Shown piece by piece: positions 44,866 through 55,614 of a stretch of DNA of 64,000 bases (within the stretch, counting starts at the first letter, position 1; each line of letters starts with the position of its first letter). The notes beneath the pieces were generated by a model, which was not told the DNA's origin, did no database searches, and worked only from the letters and a program-made list of their open reading frames with translations. Origin of the DNA: Deltaproteobacteria bacterium TL4 (GTDB lineage: Bacteria; SAR324; NAC60-12); assembly GCA_051382335.1 (NCBI GenBank), contig JBBCAX010000084.1, positions 23,206 through 87,205 of the forward strand, written 5' to 3'. A program made the translations under genes and the position numbers.

Positions 44866-47436
44866 TCAGAAATGTTCCAATTGTTTCGGGAACGGGCGTA
44901 CAATTTCACAAGCGACAAGGGTCATATCATCATCCAAAGGCCATCCCCCATAGAATTTAAAAACATCATTCACTAAATTAGTAACTAATTCTTTAACAGG
45001 CAGATGGCCATATTGTTTTAAATAGCGTCTCAAATGGCCCTCACTCCAATACTCTCTTTGATGATTCGTATTTTCAATCAGACCATCCGTATAAAAAAAT
45101 AACAAATCCCCAATGCCCAGTTGCACGGTACTTTGAGTAAAGGCAATGTCCTGCTTATCTCCAAGTCTGGGATTGACATTCACCAAAGCTTTCATTTTAT
45201 TACTATGACTGTTGACCACAAGGGGGAAGTTATGCCCCGCATTTGAAAACGTTAACATCCCGGTTTGCAAGTCGAGGCTTGCTACAAAAAAGGTCATCAG
45301 AAAATTAGGAAAACCGGCTTTGTGAATCACCTGATTTAGATATCTAAGGAGGTATGAAGGCGAGGGTTTAATGTGTAAATCACGGGACAACTCCTCTAAA
45401 ATTCCACAGGCGGAACTCGCCGCCGCAGTGACCAGGGCTGCGGGAATCCCATGCCCGGTGACATCACCAATCAAAACATACAAGGTGTTTTCGAGGGTGT
45501 TCACAAAGCCATACCAATCACCCCCTGTCTCAGAGGCGGATTGGAAAAAGCTGGCAATCTCAATATTAGACACCCGGGGTAGGGTTTTGGGGAAAAAAGA
45601 TTGTTGAACCGCCGCGGCTGTTTTTAACTCGGATTCCATCCGGGTTGATTCTTGAATCCCTTCCATCAAATGAATATTTTTGAAGGTGATGGACATGAAA
45701 CTGCTTAGAGTTTCTGTGATTTGACGTTCTTCGGAATTGGGTTTAAATTGTCCTCTTGTGCCACTAATGCTCAAAATCCCCAATACCGTTGTCCCATCCA
45801 TCAAAGGCATACACAATACGGCGCCTTCTTCATTTTCCAGAAAGGGGACGGCATAACTCTTTTCGTTTGAAGTATCCGGGTGATAAATCAATTCTTTCTT
45901 TTGCAGAACCACCTTAAGAATACTGTGCTGTGCCGTCAGCATATCCTGAAAACATTTTCTGGCTCTTTGTGGATACAGATGAAACAATGTCAACTCCTCT
46001 TCCTGAGGACACAAAAACAAAGCCAGGCGCGTGATATTCACGTGCCGTCGCAAGGCCTCCGAAACGGTTTCAAAAACCTTGCGTCGATCCATCAGGCTGG
46101 CTAAATTTTGGGTGGTGTTGTTCAGTTCATGCAAAATAGAAATTTGTGCCAGTATTTTAAAATTCATTTGCTGAACATTGGTTAATAGCTTTTGATTTTC
46201 AACAAAGGTATCCGCAAATTGGAGTGTCACTACCAGCAGCATGCAGCCTGTAACCACAATCGTGCCAAAATAGATCATGCCAATCGAGGTGATGATTCCC
46301 AAGGCCAATAATAAATCATGAATTCCTGAGGCAAAAAAAACCAAGCCTCCAACAAACATAATTCGGCTTCCCGGTCTTTCATGCAAAACGCCCTTGAAAT
46401 ACATGAAGACGCCCAAGCTTCCCAAAAACACATTGTAGATAAAAACCAGGGACCGACTTAAAAGAAATACGTCGAGATTAAACAGGCCTAATCCCATTGA
46501 CGTAAAAATAACCGACATGAGGATATAGAAATAAAAGGAGATACGATTGATTCGGGGCGTAGGCTTATAAAAAATCTGTGCGTACTGGTAATGATAATAG
46601 AAGGCGAAAAACCCTACATAATGAAACAGCAGTAAGGTTTCCGGATTCCAGAATTTGATCAGATTATCTCCTGGCGCGGCATAAAAAGGGAAAATACAAA
46701 GACAGGTCAGACTGGCGACCAAATAAACGGAAACGTTGGTTTTAAGAAAGACAATTAAATAAAAAATTCCCGCAATTAATGAAATATAAGCCGCAATCAA
46801 TCGAACTTCGCCACCCCAAAACTGCGCAAGAGCCAACGTCCAGTCATCAGGATGATAGTGCCGTATTTGAAAAGGCAGTTGATACACACCCGTCATTAAA
46901 ATCGTATCCACACGAAAAACAAAATCATGCTCCGTTTTCGTGATTTTGAAACGAACGGGAATGGGTTGAATCGAAAAATAGCGCGTGATGTTTTTTTCTC
47001 CCGGACGATGGTAAATTTCCTGTTCATCTAAAAAAACAGTCAACCGACTCATATAGGCATCAATTAAAAACACGGCCTCTATTCCAATAAGCTGGGGCGC
47101 AAACGCAATTTTGGCTCGATACCACCCAACCCTGAAATTTTTGCCGTCTTTGTAGATTTTTTTCCAAGGCTGAGGGGTTTTTACCAGAGTCCATTCCTGA
47201 AGTTCGAAGCTCGAACGTTTATTATCGGGATGATCCTTCCTGGTAAAATACCAGTTTCCAACCAAACTGAACGGGGTTCGTAGAGAATCAACATAGAACT
47301 GACAAGAGTCACAAGACGTTAACGGATTCGCAAAATTAACGATAGGAAAAGAAAAAAACAACAAGCTTACCCAGCACACCACTCCTCTTAATTTAATTTG
47401 ACTCGTAGGTCCCATAAGACAGAAGCTCTCTTTCAA
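44866..47436 (-). CDS. 7TMR-DISM sensor / GAF / PP2C (SpoIIE, RsbU-like) serine phosphatase
   Basis: N-terminal extracytoplasmic domain, seven predicted TM helices and a GAF-like segment. The PP2C motifs are GGDWYGF, IGDVTGHGIPAAL, SNAGHNFP, FYTDGLIE and DDDMTLVA. Confidence 0.85.
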   Translation of the reverse strand: MKESFCLMGPTSQIKLRGVVCWVSLLFFSFPIVNFANPLTSCDSCQFYVDSLRTPFSLVGNWYFTRKDHPDNKRSSFELQEWTLVKTPQPWKKIYKDGKNFRVGWYRAKIAFAPQLIGIEAVFLIDAYMSRLTVFLDEQEIYHRPGEKNITRYFSIQPIPVRFKITKTEHDFVFRVDTILMTGVYQLPFQIRHYHPDDWTLALAQFWGGEVRLIAAYISLIAGIFYLIVFLKTNVSVYLVASLTCLCIFPFYAAPGDNLIKFWNPETLLLFHYVGFFAFYYHYQYAQIFYKPTPRINRISFYFYILMSVIFTSMGLGLFNLDVFLLSRSLVFIYNVFLGSLGVFMYFKGVLHERPGSRIMFVGGLVFFASGIHDLLLALGIITSIGMIYFGTIVVTGCMLLVVTLQFADTFVENQKLLTNVQQMNFKILAQISILHELNNTTQNLASLMDRRKVFETVSEALRRHVNITRLALFLCPQEEELTLFHLYPQRARKCFQDMLTAQHSILKVVLQKKELIYHPDTSNEKSYAVPFLENEEGAVLCMPLMDGTTVLGILSISGTRGQFKPNSEERQITETLSSFMSITFKNIHLMEGIQESTRMESELKTAAAVQQSFFPKTLPRVSNIEIASFFQSASETGGDWYGFVNTLENTLYVLIGDVTGHGIPAALVTAAASSACGILEELSRDLHIKPSPSYLLRYLNQVIHKAGFPNFLMTFFVASLDLQTGMLTFSNAGHNFPLVVNSHSNKMKALVNVNPRLGDKQDIAFTQSTVQLGIGDLLFFYTDGLIENTNHQREYWSEGHLRRYLKQYGHLPVKELVTNLVNDVFKFYGGWPLDDDMTLVACEIVRPFPKQLEHF

Positions 47437-47830
47437 GGATTGCTTTAAGAATAACCGATTGACGCCCTATTCCCTTATAACAACTTCTAATCAAGAATTC
47501 TATAGGGTTTTCAGGATACTTGTCATGCCTCAAATATTCGGTTGCCGTCGATAAATATCCATTCGTTCTCTCTCCTTTTCGGAAGGAAGAGGGGAAAGAG
47601 ATCATGAATTCCAGGGAAGAAGCGTGGTGCGTTCATATCAACTTGACATTCCGCTCACAACATAGCAGTCTGGGCGACTCTTTTAAATAAAGGGAGCCTT
47701 GAGAGCTTTTTAAGCATCCAACCTTCTCGACTTCGACTATTTATCCTTTTCTTCATATTCAATTTGTAAAGGGTGATCTTCAGAAGGGACTTCTGGATAC
47801 CTTTTGCACGCGACATGGGAAGTCTTAACT

Positions 47831-49309
47831 ATGATTAAAGACCGTATTGCAGACAGCCTGACATTTGATGATGTTTTGTTATTACCCCAGTATTCTGAAT
47901 GGTTACCGTCACAGGTTTCCGTCTCCACCCGTTTAACCCGGCATCTGGATTTAAATATTCCCTTGATCAGCGCCGCTATGGACACGGTGACAGAGTATCA
48001 GACCGCAATTTGCATGGCACAAGAAGGAGGAATTGGAATCATTCATAAAAACATGAGCATCGAAGAACAATCGGCCCATATTGAACGTGTCAAACGCTCA
48101 GAAAGCGGAATGATCACCAACCCTATTACCGTTGCTCCAGACCAACCCGTCAGGAATGCGATGGATTTGATGGATCGATATCACATTTCAGGGGTCCCCG
48201 TCGTTCAAGGGAAAGAGTTAGTTGGGATTTTAACCAATCGGGACCTGCGTTTTGAAACTAATGTTCGGCAGCTAGTTCACGAAGTGATGACCAGCGGTCG
48301 CGAGAAATTAGTCACGGTTTCTCCGGGGATTGATCTGGGAGAAGCAAAGCGCTTATTACACAAACATCGCATTGAAAAGCTATTGGTGGTTTCCGCTGCT
48401 TATGAATTAGTTGGGCTGATTACGATCAAAGATATCGAAAAATCACGCAAATACCCGAACGCTAACAAAGATGCCCAGGGACGCTTACGTGTCGGTGCCG
48501 CGGTTGGCGTTTCAGCGGATTTGATTCCCAGGGTAGAAGCTCTGATGAACTCCGGTGTGGATGTGATCGTTATTGATACTGCGCATGGTCATTCCAAGGG
48601 CGTCCTGGATAGTATTATCAAATTGCGCAAAACGTTTCCGGCTTTAGAAATTATTGGCGGAAATATCGCTTCCGGGGAAGCGGCAGAAGCCCTCATAAAA
48701 GCTGGAGTGGATGCGGTTAAGGTGGGAATTGGACCAGGCTCCATTTGTACGACTCGTGTGGTTTCAGGGGTTGGTGTGCCTCAGATCACCGCAATTGATG
48801 AAGTTGTTCACGTGGCTCAAAAATATGATATCCCTGTGATTTCTGATGGCGGAATAAAATTTTCAGGTGATGTGGTTAAAGCTCTTGCCGCAGGCGCTCA
48901 TTCCGTAATGATTGGCAGCCTCTTTGCGGGAACCGCGGAAACCCCGGGACAAGTGATCCTTTACAAGGGACGACAGTATAAGCAATACCGTGGAATGGGT
49001 TCCTTAAGCGCCATGAAAGCCGGAAGTAAAGACCGTTATTTTCAGCAAGATGTGGAGGAAATCAAACTGGTACCAGAAGGTATTGAAGCACGCGTTCCCT
49101 ACAAAGGCTCTTTGGCTGAAACATTACATCAATTTGTTGGCGGACTCCGCTCAGGCATGGGGTATACCGGCAGCAAAACGATTGAAGAACTTCGGACGCA
49201 AACTCGATTTGTGCAGATTACTTCGGCAGGCTTAAAGGAAAGTCACGTCCATGACGTGTATATTACCGAAGAAGCACCCAATTACCCCTCAGTGATTCAT
49301 GATTCATAA
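47831..49309 (+). CDS. guaB: IMP dehydrogenase
   Basis: [14 protein letters not shown], a CBS pair, the catalytic loop [11 protein letters not shown] and GGIKFSGD. The ATG at 47831 gives the canonical N-terminus. Confidence 0.95.
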   Translation: MIKDRIADSLTFDDVLLLPQYSEWLPSQVSVSTRLTRHLDLNIPLISAAMDTVTEYQTAICMAQEGGIGIIHKNMSIEEQSAHIERVKRSESGMITNPITVAPDQPVRNAMDLMDRYHISGVPVVQGKELVGILTNRDLRFETNVRQLVHEVMTSGREKLVTVSPGIDLGEAKRLLHKHRIEKLLVVSAAYELVGLITIKDIEKSRKYPNANKDAQGRLRVGAAVGVSADLIPRVEALMNSGVDVIVIDTAHGHSKGVLDSIIKLRKTFPALEIIGGNIASGEAAEALIKAGVDAVKVGIGPGSICTTRVVSGVGVPQITAIDEVVHVAQKYDIPVISDGGIKFSGDVVKALAAGAHSVMIGSLFAGTAETPGQVILYKGRQYKQYRGMGSLSAMKAGSKDRYFQQDVEEIKLVPEGIEARVPYKGSLAETLHQFVGGLRSGMGYTGSKTIEELRTQTRFVQITSAGLKESHVHDVYITEEAPNYPSVIHDS

Positions 49310-49318
49310 AACCTCCTT

Positions 49319-50353
49319 ATGAAAAAATTATTATTAGTTTTCTGGCTCTCTTTACTTGTTGGCTGTTCCTTTCATTACTATGAAGGTCAAGATTTAGAAG
49401 AACAAAAACGATGGGAAGAGGCTTCAATTGAGTATCACTTGGCTTTTGTTGATGATCCTGCTGATGTTGAAATTCAAGCAGCACTCCAGCGGACTAATGA
49501 GCATGTTGCTAAAGAAAACATGACGCGTTACCATGAATATTTAGCTCAACGTCAATATAAGAAGGCCTATCGTCGTTTGGAAGCTGCCTCGGTTCAGGAT
49601 CCGAAATTGGAGGATGCTCAAAAAGAATTACAGCATTGGGCCAAAGTTCTGATTGCGGGGAAGGTCAGCTTTGAGTTTGATCGTCTACAAGCCAATGTCC
49701 GACTTGCCGATGAAATGCAGCTTCAATTCTTGATGAACACTCCGGTTGGCGAAGTACTGACTGCGGATATCTCCAATGAAAGCGGAGTGTTTTTTGTTGA
49801 AGATATTCTTTATCGTCAGCCTACGGAAATGCTGACTCAATACTCCTTGAACTCCATTGGGTTGAATCTTATTCGAAAAACTCCTAGTGGATTTTCCCAG
49901 AAAACATTCAAAAAATTCATTAATTTCAGGGGTACTGGTGCAGAACAGGTCATCGGGCAATTGGAAAAAAGTGATAGTGATGAGCTGAAAGGGGTACTGG
50001 ATCATCGTGTCCAACTGCTGACACCGCAAAGTGCTTCTACTGAACCTTGGTTACCCCCACGATTGGTTCCCTATAAACTTTCTTTAAGTGGGGCACAGAT
50101 TCAGGTGTTGGACGATGAAAAGCGGTTGGAGTTTGTACCTTCGGTCCTCTATGTCAATCGCAAACAAGGGCGGGGTTTTGTAGACTTTGGCTCTTACCGC
50201 CTTAAACTGAACACCAATGGACAATGGTCCATTCAGCGGCAAACCTATCAGAAAAGGGAAGACGATTATTATTATCAGTTTTCAAAAAATCTTGCCTTAA
50301 ATCCCTATTTTTTTTATAGGGAAGGAGCTTATCGCTATGTTCTGGTTCCCTAA
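49319..50353 (+). CDS. Hypothetical lipoprotein
   Basis: Signal peptide with lipobox LLVGC|S and a TPR-like N-terminal helical region. No family recognised. Confidence 0.6.
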   Translation: MKKLLLVFWLSLLVGCSFHYYEGQDLEEQKRWEEASIEYHLAFVDDPADVEIQAALQRTNEHVAKENMTRYHEYLAQRQYKKAYRRLEAASVQDPKLEDAQKELQHWAKVLIAGKVSFEFDRLQANVRLADEMQLQFLMNTPVGEVLTADISNESGVFFVEDILYRQPTEMLTQYSLNSIGLNLIRKTPSGFSQKTFKKFINFRGTGAEQVIGQLEKSDSDELKGVLDHRVQLLTPQSASTEPWLPPRLVPYKLSLSGAQIQVLDDEKRLEFVPSVLYVNRKQGRGFVDFGSYRLKLNTNGQWSIQRQTYQKREDDYYYQFSKNLALNPYFFYREGAYRYVLVP

Positions 50354-50385
50354 AACCTAACCTTCTTCTCTTCATTGACTGAACC

Positions 50386-51555
50386 ATGCGGTTGATTATG
50401 CAATATGTGCTGTTGTTCACAACGATTCTATGCTTGCTGGGGAAGCCGTCTGTCTTAACAGCCTCAGGGGTGACAGAACGTAAAATCATCATGGGGAGTC
50501 ATCACCCTCTGAGTGGTCCCGCCAGCCGTTTTTCTGAGATCAGCAACAGCTCAAAGGCTTATTTTCAGTACATCAATGATCAAGGAGGTGTTCATGGACG
50601 TCTGATAGAGTGCCGTTATCTTGATGATGGGTTTCAACCTCAACGTACAGAAAAAGTAATGTATGAGTTGATTTTCAAGGATCCTGTTTTTTTGATTTTT
50701 AATGGTCTTGGAAACGAAACTCATCAAGCGGTTGCTCCGTGGTTGGAGCAAATGCAGATTCCCGATTTGTTGATAGGTTCCTCACATCCTCAATGGAGTT
50801 TTCCGGTCAAACCCACTGTTTTTGCCTTCAACCCCACACCCAGTGTGGAAGGGACGGTACTGGGAAGGTATCTTTCCGTTCAGCATCTCAAGGAACAAAT
50901 TGTGGTTTGGTACTACAACGAAGAGCCTTTCCGACAAGCGATGAAAAGTCTTTCTCAAGTGATGATCCAACATAATCCGCCTGTTCGGATACACCGATAT
51001 ACGCCCCCATCCAGTGATATTTACACGGATATCGAATCCATTAAACGGTATGCTCCTCAAGCGGTTGTCGTTCTTGCACCACCAGAACTCATGGCTCCGT
51101 TTATCAAACAGGCTTTTTTTCTGGGCTTGCAGGCAAAGATCTATTTAGGGTATGACCTCTCCCAATATGAGTTCTTTAAAGATCTTGAGCCACAAATGAA
51201 AGAAAATTTAGGTTTATTGATTTCTCAACCCTTATTATCTCAAACCGACCATCCTGGAATTCAGATGCACCGTGCCATTTTGCACGCTTATCGACAAGAA
51301 CTCCAGGCAACCCCATGGACCGTTTATGGACAAGCCGTGGCAGAGGTGATGGTAGAAATATTGCACCGCACAGGACGAAAGCTGACCCGCCCCAGACTCC
51401 TGGAATCCGCAGAAACGTTATCCCGATGGCAGGGGATGCTGACTCCTCCGATAACCTTTTCGCCTCAAAACCATGTGGGTCTGACCGCATTGAAAATAGC
51501 TCAAGTTCAAAATGGAACCTTGCAGCTTGTTTCCGACTGGATTAGTGGACTATGA
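50386..51555 (+). CDS. Periplasmic substrate-binding protein, LivJ/LivK-like (Peripla_BP_6)
   Basis: Signal peptide, then IIMGSHHPLSGPASRFSEISNSSKAYFQYINDQGGVHGR.IE..YLDDGFQP, the typical N-terminal pattern of branched-chain amino acid binding proteins. No cognate permease or ATPase genes are adjacent. Confidence 0.7.
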   Translation: MRLIMQYVLLFTTILCLLGKPSVLTASGVTERKIIMGSHHPLSGPASRFSEISNSSKAYFQYINDQGGVHGRLIECRYLDDGFQPQRTEKVMYELIFKDPVFLIFNGLGNETHQAVAPWLEQMQIPDLLIGSSHPQWSFPVKPTVFAFNPTPSVEGTVLGRYLSVQHLKEQIVVWYYNEEPFRQAMKSLSQVMIQHNPPVRIHRYTPPSSDIYTDIESIKRYAPQAVVVLAPPELMAPFIKQAFFLGLQAKIYLGYDLSQYEFFKDLEPQMKENLGLLISQPLLSQTDHPGIQMHRAILHAYRQELQATPWTVYGQAVAEVMVEILHRTGRKLTRPRLLESAETLSRWQGMLTPPITFSPQNHVGLTALKIAQVQNGTLQLVSDWISGL

Positions 51556-52217
51556 CAGAATTCGTTAATTATCCCTTTAAACCAGGAATCGAAGAAATGA
51601 TTCGCAAGAGCATACGAGAGGGAAAAGTTGTCGTTTTTCCGACAGAAACTTATTATGCGATTGGAGGGAATGCCTTTCATCCTGCTTTAGTAGAGCGTAT
51701 TTTCCATGTTAAAAAGAGAGAGCCCCATAAACCCTTACTCTCACTGATCACGTTAGAATGGCTTGGTATTTTAATCGCGGAGGATCCTTCACCGTATGAG
51801 TCCCTGATCAAGGCGTTCTGGCCAGGTCCATTAACGCTTATATTTAAAGCAAAACCTCGGATCTCTCCGTTTTTGAGAGGCCCCCAAAACACGATTGCGC
51901 TTCGCTACTCAAACTCGGAAATAGTGAATACGCTGCTTGAACTTGCGAAACGACCTCTCATTGGAACCAGTGCCAATCTTAGTGGCCAATCCGGATGCAG
52001 GACGGCACAAGAAGCGTATGCGCAGTTAGGAGACTCCATCGACTGGCTCATAGATGGAGGCGCAACCCCGGGAGAACAAGCTTCAACCATTCTCAACCTC
52101 ACTTCCTCCCCTTTTCAGATTGAACGTCAAGGTGTGATTGAGGAAGATCAATTAAAACCATTTATCAACGATTTTTTGCATCAAAAGAAACCAGGGTATG
52201 TCCAACACAAAATATAA
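51552..52217 (+). CDS. tsaC: L-threonylcarbamoyladenylate synthase (YrdC/Sua5 family)
   Basis: [38 protein letters not shown] and [10 protein letters not shown]. Confidence 0.85.
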   Translation: MTEFVNYPFKPGIEEMIRKSIREGKVVVFPTETYYAIGGNAFHPALVERIFHVKKREPHKPLLSLITLEWLGILIAEDPSPYESLIKAFWPGPLTLIFKAKPRISPFLRGPQNTIALRYSNSEIVNTLLELAKRPLIGTSANLSGQSGCRTAQEAYAQLGDSIDWLIDGGATPGEQASTILNLTSSPFQIERQGVIEEDQLKPFINDFLHQKKPGYVQHKI

Positions 52218-54018
52218 TCAAAAGAATATCCGTAATTTTTCAATTATCGCTCATATTGATCACGGAAAGTCGACTTTAGCTGACAGATTAATGGAATTTA
52301 CCGGAGCTGTTACCGCGAGAGAAGCCCAACACCAATTCCTGGATAGCATGGATATTGAGCGGGAACGGGGAATTACGATCAAAGCGCAAACGGTCCGGCT
52401 TCAATACCAAGCGAAAAATGGTCAACACTACATATTTAACTTAATTGATACCCCAGGGCATGTTGACTTTACCTATGAAGTTTCGCGCTCACTTGCCGCC
52501 TGTGAAGGCGCTTTGCTGGTTGTTGACGCAGCCCAGGGAGTGGAAGCGCAAACACTGGCGAACGTCTATCTTGCGCTCGAAAATAATCTTGAAATCCTAC
52601 CCATTCTCAACAAAGTGGATTTGCCTACTGCTGAACCTGAACGGGTTTGCCGAGAAATTGAAGATATCATTGGTTTGGATACCAGTTTGGCAATTCACGC
52701 AAGCGCTAAAACGGGAATTGGCATTGAGGCCATTCTCGAACAAATCGTAGAATGGGTTCCACCGCCTTCGGGTGACAATAACGCTCCCTTACGTGCCTTA
52801 ATCTTTGATTCCTGGTTTGACTCTTACTTGGGAATCGTCGTCATGATTCGCGTGATCGATGGTTCCGTACGCAAAGGTGACAAAATTTGGTTTATGGGAA
52901 CACAACAGGAATATGAAGTCATGGAACTTGGCGTGTTTACCCCTTTTAAAAAGGAAATACCTCAATTATATGTGGGCGAAGTCGGTTTTCTTTCTGCGTC
53001 GATCAAAACCATCGGACATACCAAAATTGGAGACACGATCACGCTAAAAGAAAATCCTGCCTCTGAAGCCCTTGCAGGGTATGCAGAAGCCAAACCGATG
53101 GTATTCAGTGGGATTTATCCGATTGATACGGATCAATATGAGGAATTAAAAGAAGCGTTACTCAAATTAGTACTCAATGATGCTTCCATCACCTACGAAC
53201 CTGAAACCTCAACAGCACTGGGGTTTGGATTTCGGTGTGGTTTTTTAGGGCTGCTGCATCTGGAAATCGCGCAAGAACGGTTAGAGCGTGAATTTAAATT
53301 ACAACTCATTACCACCGCACCTAGTGTGATCTACAAAGTTCATTTAAATGATGGCAGCATTCTTGACGTTGATAACCCCGCGCAGCTTCCTGATCCTGTA
53401 AAAATCAGTCGTATTGATGAACCCTACATCCAAGGACGAATACTGACCCCCACAGAGTATGTCGGGAATATTATGACGCTGGCTCAAGAACGGAGAGGCA
53501 TTCAAATCCTGATGGAATACCCTGCTCCAAACCGGGTACAGGTGGTCTATGAGTTTCCTTTAAATGAAATCGTTTTGGATTTTTACGATCGTCTTAAGTC
53601 TGTGTCTAAAGGCTATGCCTCCTTTGACTATGAACTCATTGACTTCCGCAAGGGGAATTTGGTCAAACTTGATATTTTATTGAATGGAGATATTGTTGAC
53701 GCGTTATCCATCATTGTTCCCAAAGAACAGGCCTATTATCGAGGACGAGAATTAGTCAAACGGTTTAAAGAGCTGATTCCGAGGCAAATGTTTGAAGTCG
53801 CCATTCAAGCAGCGATTGGCTCAAAAATTATTTCGAGAGAAACCGTGGGAGCTGTTCGTAAAGATGTGACCGCAAAGTGTTATGGCGGGGACATTACACG
53901 AAAACGCAAATTATTAGAAAAACAGAAGGCGGGAAAAAAGCGAATGAAACAAATTGGGACTGTGGAAGTTCCCCAGGAAGCTTTTATGGCGGTCCTCAAG
54001 GTGGATCATAAGAATTAA
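52198..54018 (+). CDS. lepA: Elongation factor 4
   Basis: [34 protein letters not shown] and the LepA-specific C-terminal domain (..[24 protein letters not shown]). Confidence 0.97.
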   Translation: MSNTKYNQKNIRNFSIIAHIDHGKSTLADRLMEFTGAVTAREAQHQFLDSMDIERERGITIKAQTVRLQYQAKNGQHYIFNLIDTPGHVDFTYEVSRSLAACEGALLVVDAAQGVEAQTLANVYLALENNLEILPILNKVDLPTAEPERVCREIEDIIGLDTSLAIHASAKTGIGIEAILEQIVEWVPPPSGDNNAPLRALIFDSWFDSYLGIVVMIRVIDGSVRKGDKIWFMGTQQEYEVMELGVFTPFKKEIPQLYVGEVGFLSASIKTIGHTKIGDTITLKENPASEALAGYAEAKPMVFSGIYPIDTDQYEELKEALLKLVLNDASITYEPETSTALGFGFRCGFLGLLHLEIAQERLEREFKLQLITTAPSVIYKVHLNDGSILDVDNPAQLPDPVKISRIDEPYIQGRILTPTEYVGNIMTLAQERRGIQILMEYPAPNRVQVVYEFPLNEIVLDFYDRLKSVSKGYASFDYELIDFRKGNLVKLDILLNGDIVDALSIIVPKEQAYYRGRELVKRFKELIPRQMFEVAIQAAIGSKIISRETVGAVRKDVTAKCYGGDITRKRKLLEKQKAGKKRMKQIGTVEVPQEAFMAVLKVDHKN

Positions 54019-54059
54019 ACTGGCCTATAATAGCGTCCATGTGGTCCTGCCCCCTTGCC

Positions 54060-55475
54060 CTACGCTTGAGTTTGATCGGTTTTGCCGAGAAATTCAAAAA
54101 TGAACATGGTTAGGTCATCGTTACAGGCTTTTCCTTGCGCAAACTCGTCCAAATGTTCCAGCAAAGTATTTAGAAGGGTATCAGAATCGGAGGTATTATG
54201 CTTTTTAATAAAATCGATCAAGCGATCTAAACCAAAACGTTTTTCACTCAGATCATCCCATTCAATAATCCCGTCGGTATAAGCAAAAATTCTATCATTA
54301 GGTTGTAATTGATATTTTTCTTCAACATAAGGCACCAGCTCTTGAGCAAAAGCTCCAATCAGGGAACCTCGCTTTTCAAGTAAGACCAGTTCCCCTTGGT
54401 TGTGGGGAATAATGATTAATGGAGGATGAGCCGCATTACTTGCGCTCAAAAGACCATCGGGGGTAATTCGTAAATAAATACCTGTGACAAATTTTCCAGT
54501 TTCACGCGAGGCCAATAAAGTGTTGATTCCTCGGATGGCCTCGTCCGTTGGTAAATCGTGTTTGACATTATCAAGCGAGATCTGAAGCATCATGGTCATA
54601 AAGGCTGCGGAGACGCCATGTCCGGTCGCATCTCCTAAAAAGAAACTCATTGTTCCTGCACAATCAAACGAAAAATCATAGGTATCCCCTGAAACCTCAG
54701 CATGGGGCAAATATTTTGTGGAGATCTTCAAATGGGGGAAATGATGAATCTGAGGCAAAATTTTTCGTTGAAACTCTCCTGCCAGACTCAACTCCTCTTG
54801 CATTCGATCATTATGTTCCTTTAACTCCTCATCAATCAGTTTCTGACGAGTAATCAACACATCCAGGCGCCACACACTCCAGGCAAAGGCGAGCATCAGC
54901 AACAGGCTCATCATAAACAAGGTCAGCCAGGAAACCCATAACAGTTTATCGATTTTTTCTTTTTTTGAGGTGATGTCATAGTACAATTCAAAAGCTCCGA
55001 TGAACTGATCTGCTTTCATGATCGGAACATACGTTTCTACAACGTCAATGGTGACTATCTGATCTTCAAGAGATTTTTTGTTTTTCGGTACAATCTTGGT
55101 GTAGGTGTAACCGTTCATGACGATGTCATGAAAATAACTTTTGTTATTCATTTCTCCCAGATCTTTAGACTCGGTAGAAAATAAAACCTCGCCTGTCTTC
55201 GAAAAAACCTTGATCTTCATAAAAAGTACATCTTTTTTCAAAACTTCGACCAGTTCTGAAAAATCACCGCCAAAAGAACCTTTGTGAATTTGCATCTCAT
55301 CTAAATGGAGAGATGAGATCAGGTGATTGGAGGTACGTATGGCCTCATCCTCTGTATTTTCCATTAATAAAGTGCTAAAGGAAGGATAGATGTAAAGGAC
55401 GTTAAATATTGCGGGAATTATTGCGCTTCCTAAGGATAGCAATAAGAGGTTTCTTAAAAATCGGCTCTTTAACAT
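54060..55475 (-). CDS. Membrane sensor PP2C (SpoIIE-type) serine phosphatase
   Basis: Two TM helices bracket a roughly 150-aa extracytoplasmic domain, followed by a coiled coil. The PP2C motifs are SGDTYDF, LGDATGHGVSAAF, NAAHPP, AYTDGIIE and NDDLTMF. Confidence 0.8.
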   Translation of the reverse strand: MLKSRFLRNLLLLSLGSAIIPAIFNVLYIYPSFSTLLMENTEDEAIRTSNHLISSLHLDEMQIHKGSFGGDFSELVEVLKKDVLFMKIKVFSKTGEVLFSTESKDLGEMNNKSYFHDIVMNGYTYTKIVPKNKKSLEDQIVTIDVVETYVPIMKADQFIGAFELYYDITSKKEKIDKLLWVSWLTLFMMSLLLMLAFAWSVWRLDVLITRQKLIDEELKEHNDRMQEELSLAGEFQRKILPQIHHFPHLKISTKYLPHAEVSGDTYDFSFDCAGTMSFFLGDATGHGVSAAFMTMMLQISLDNVKHDLPTDEAIRGINTLLASRETGKFVTGIYLRITPDGLLSASNAAHPPLIIIPHNQGELVLLEKRGSLIGAFAQELVPYVEEKYQLQPNDRIFAYTDGIIEWDDLSEKRFGLDRLIDFIKKHNTSDSDTLLNTLLEHLDEFAQGKACNDDLTMFIFEFLGKTDQTQA

Positions 55476-55614
55476 GATGTTCCTCCAGATTATTTATTGT
55501 AGGATCGTCCTGACTTATTTTTACTGGAATGTTTTGGCATCTATACACGAATTTCAGGAAAAAACCATGATTCTTTTCAGCAAACTCGCATGTTCTCGAA
55601 ACGTTTCTAACCTT

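Noticed and set aside
55476-55614. Possible T-box or leader upstream of tyrS.
   Set aside because: tyrS is on the minus strand and its start overlaps the cysH stop at 56832-56835, so there is no leader. The 55476-55614 region is downstream of tyrS and is upstream of the PP2C sensor gene.
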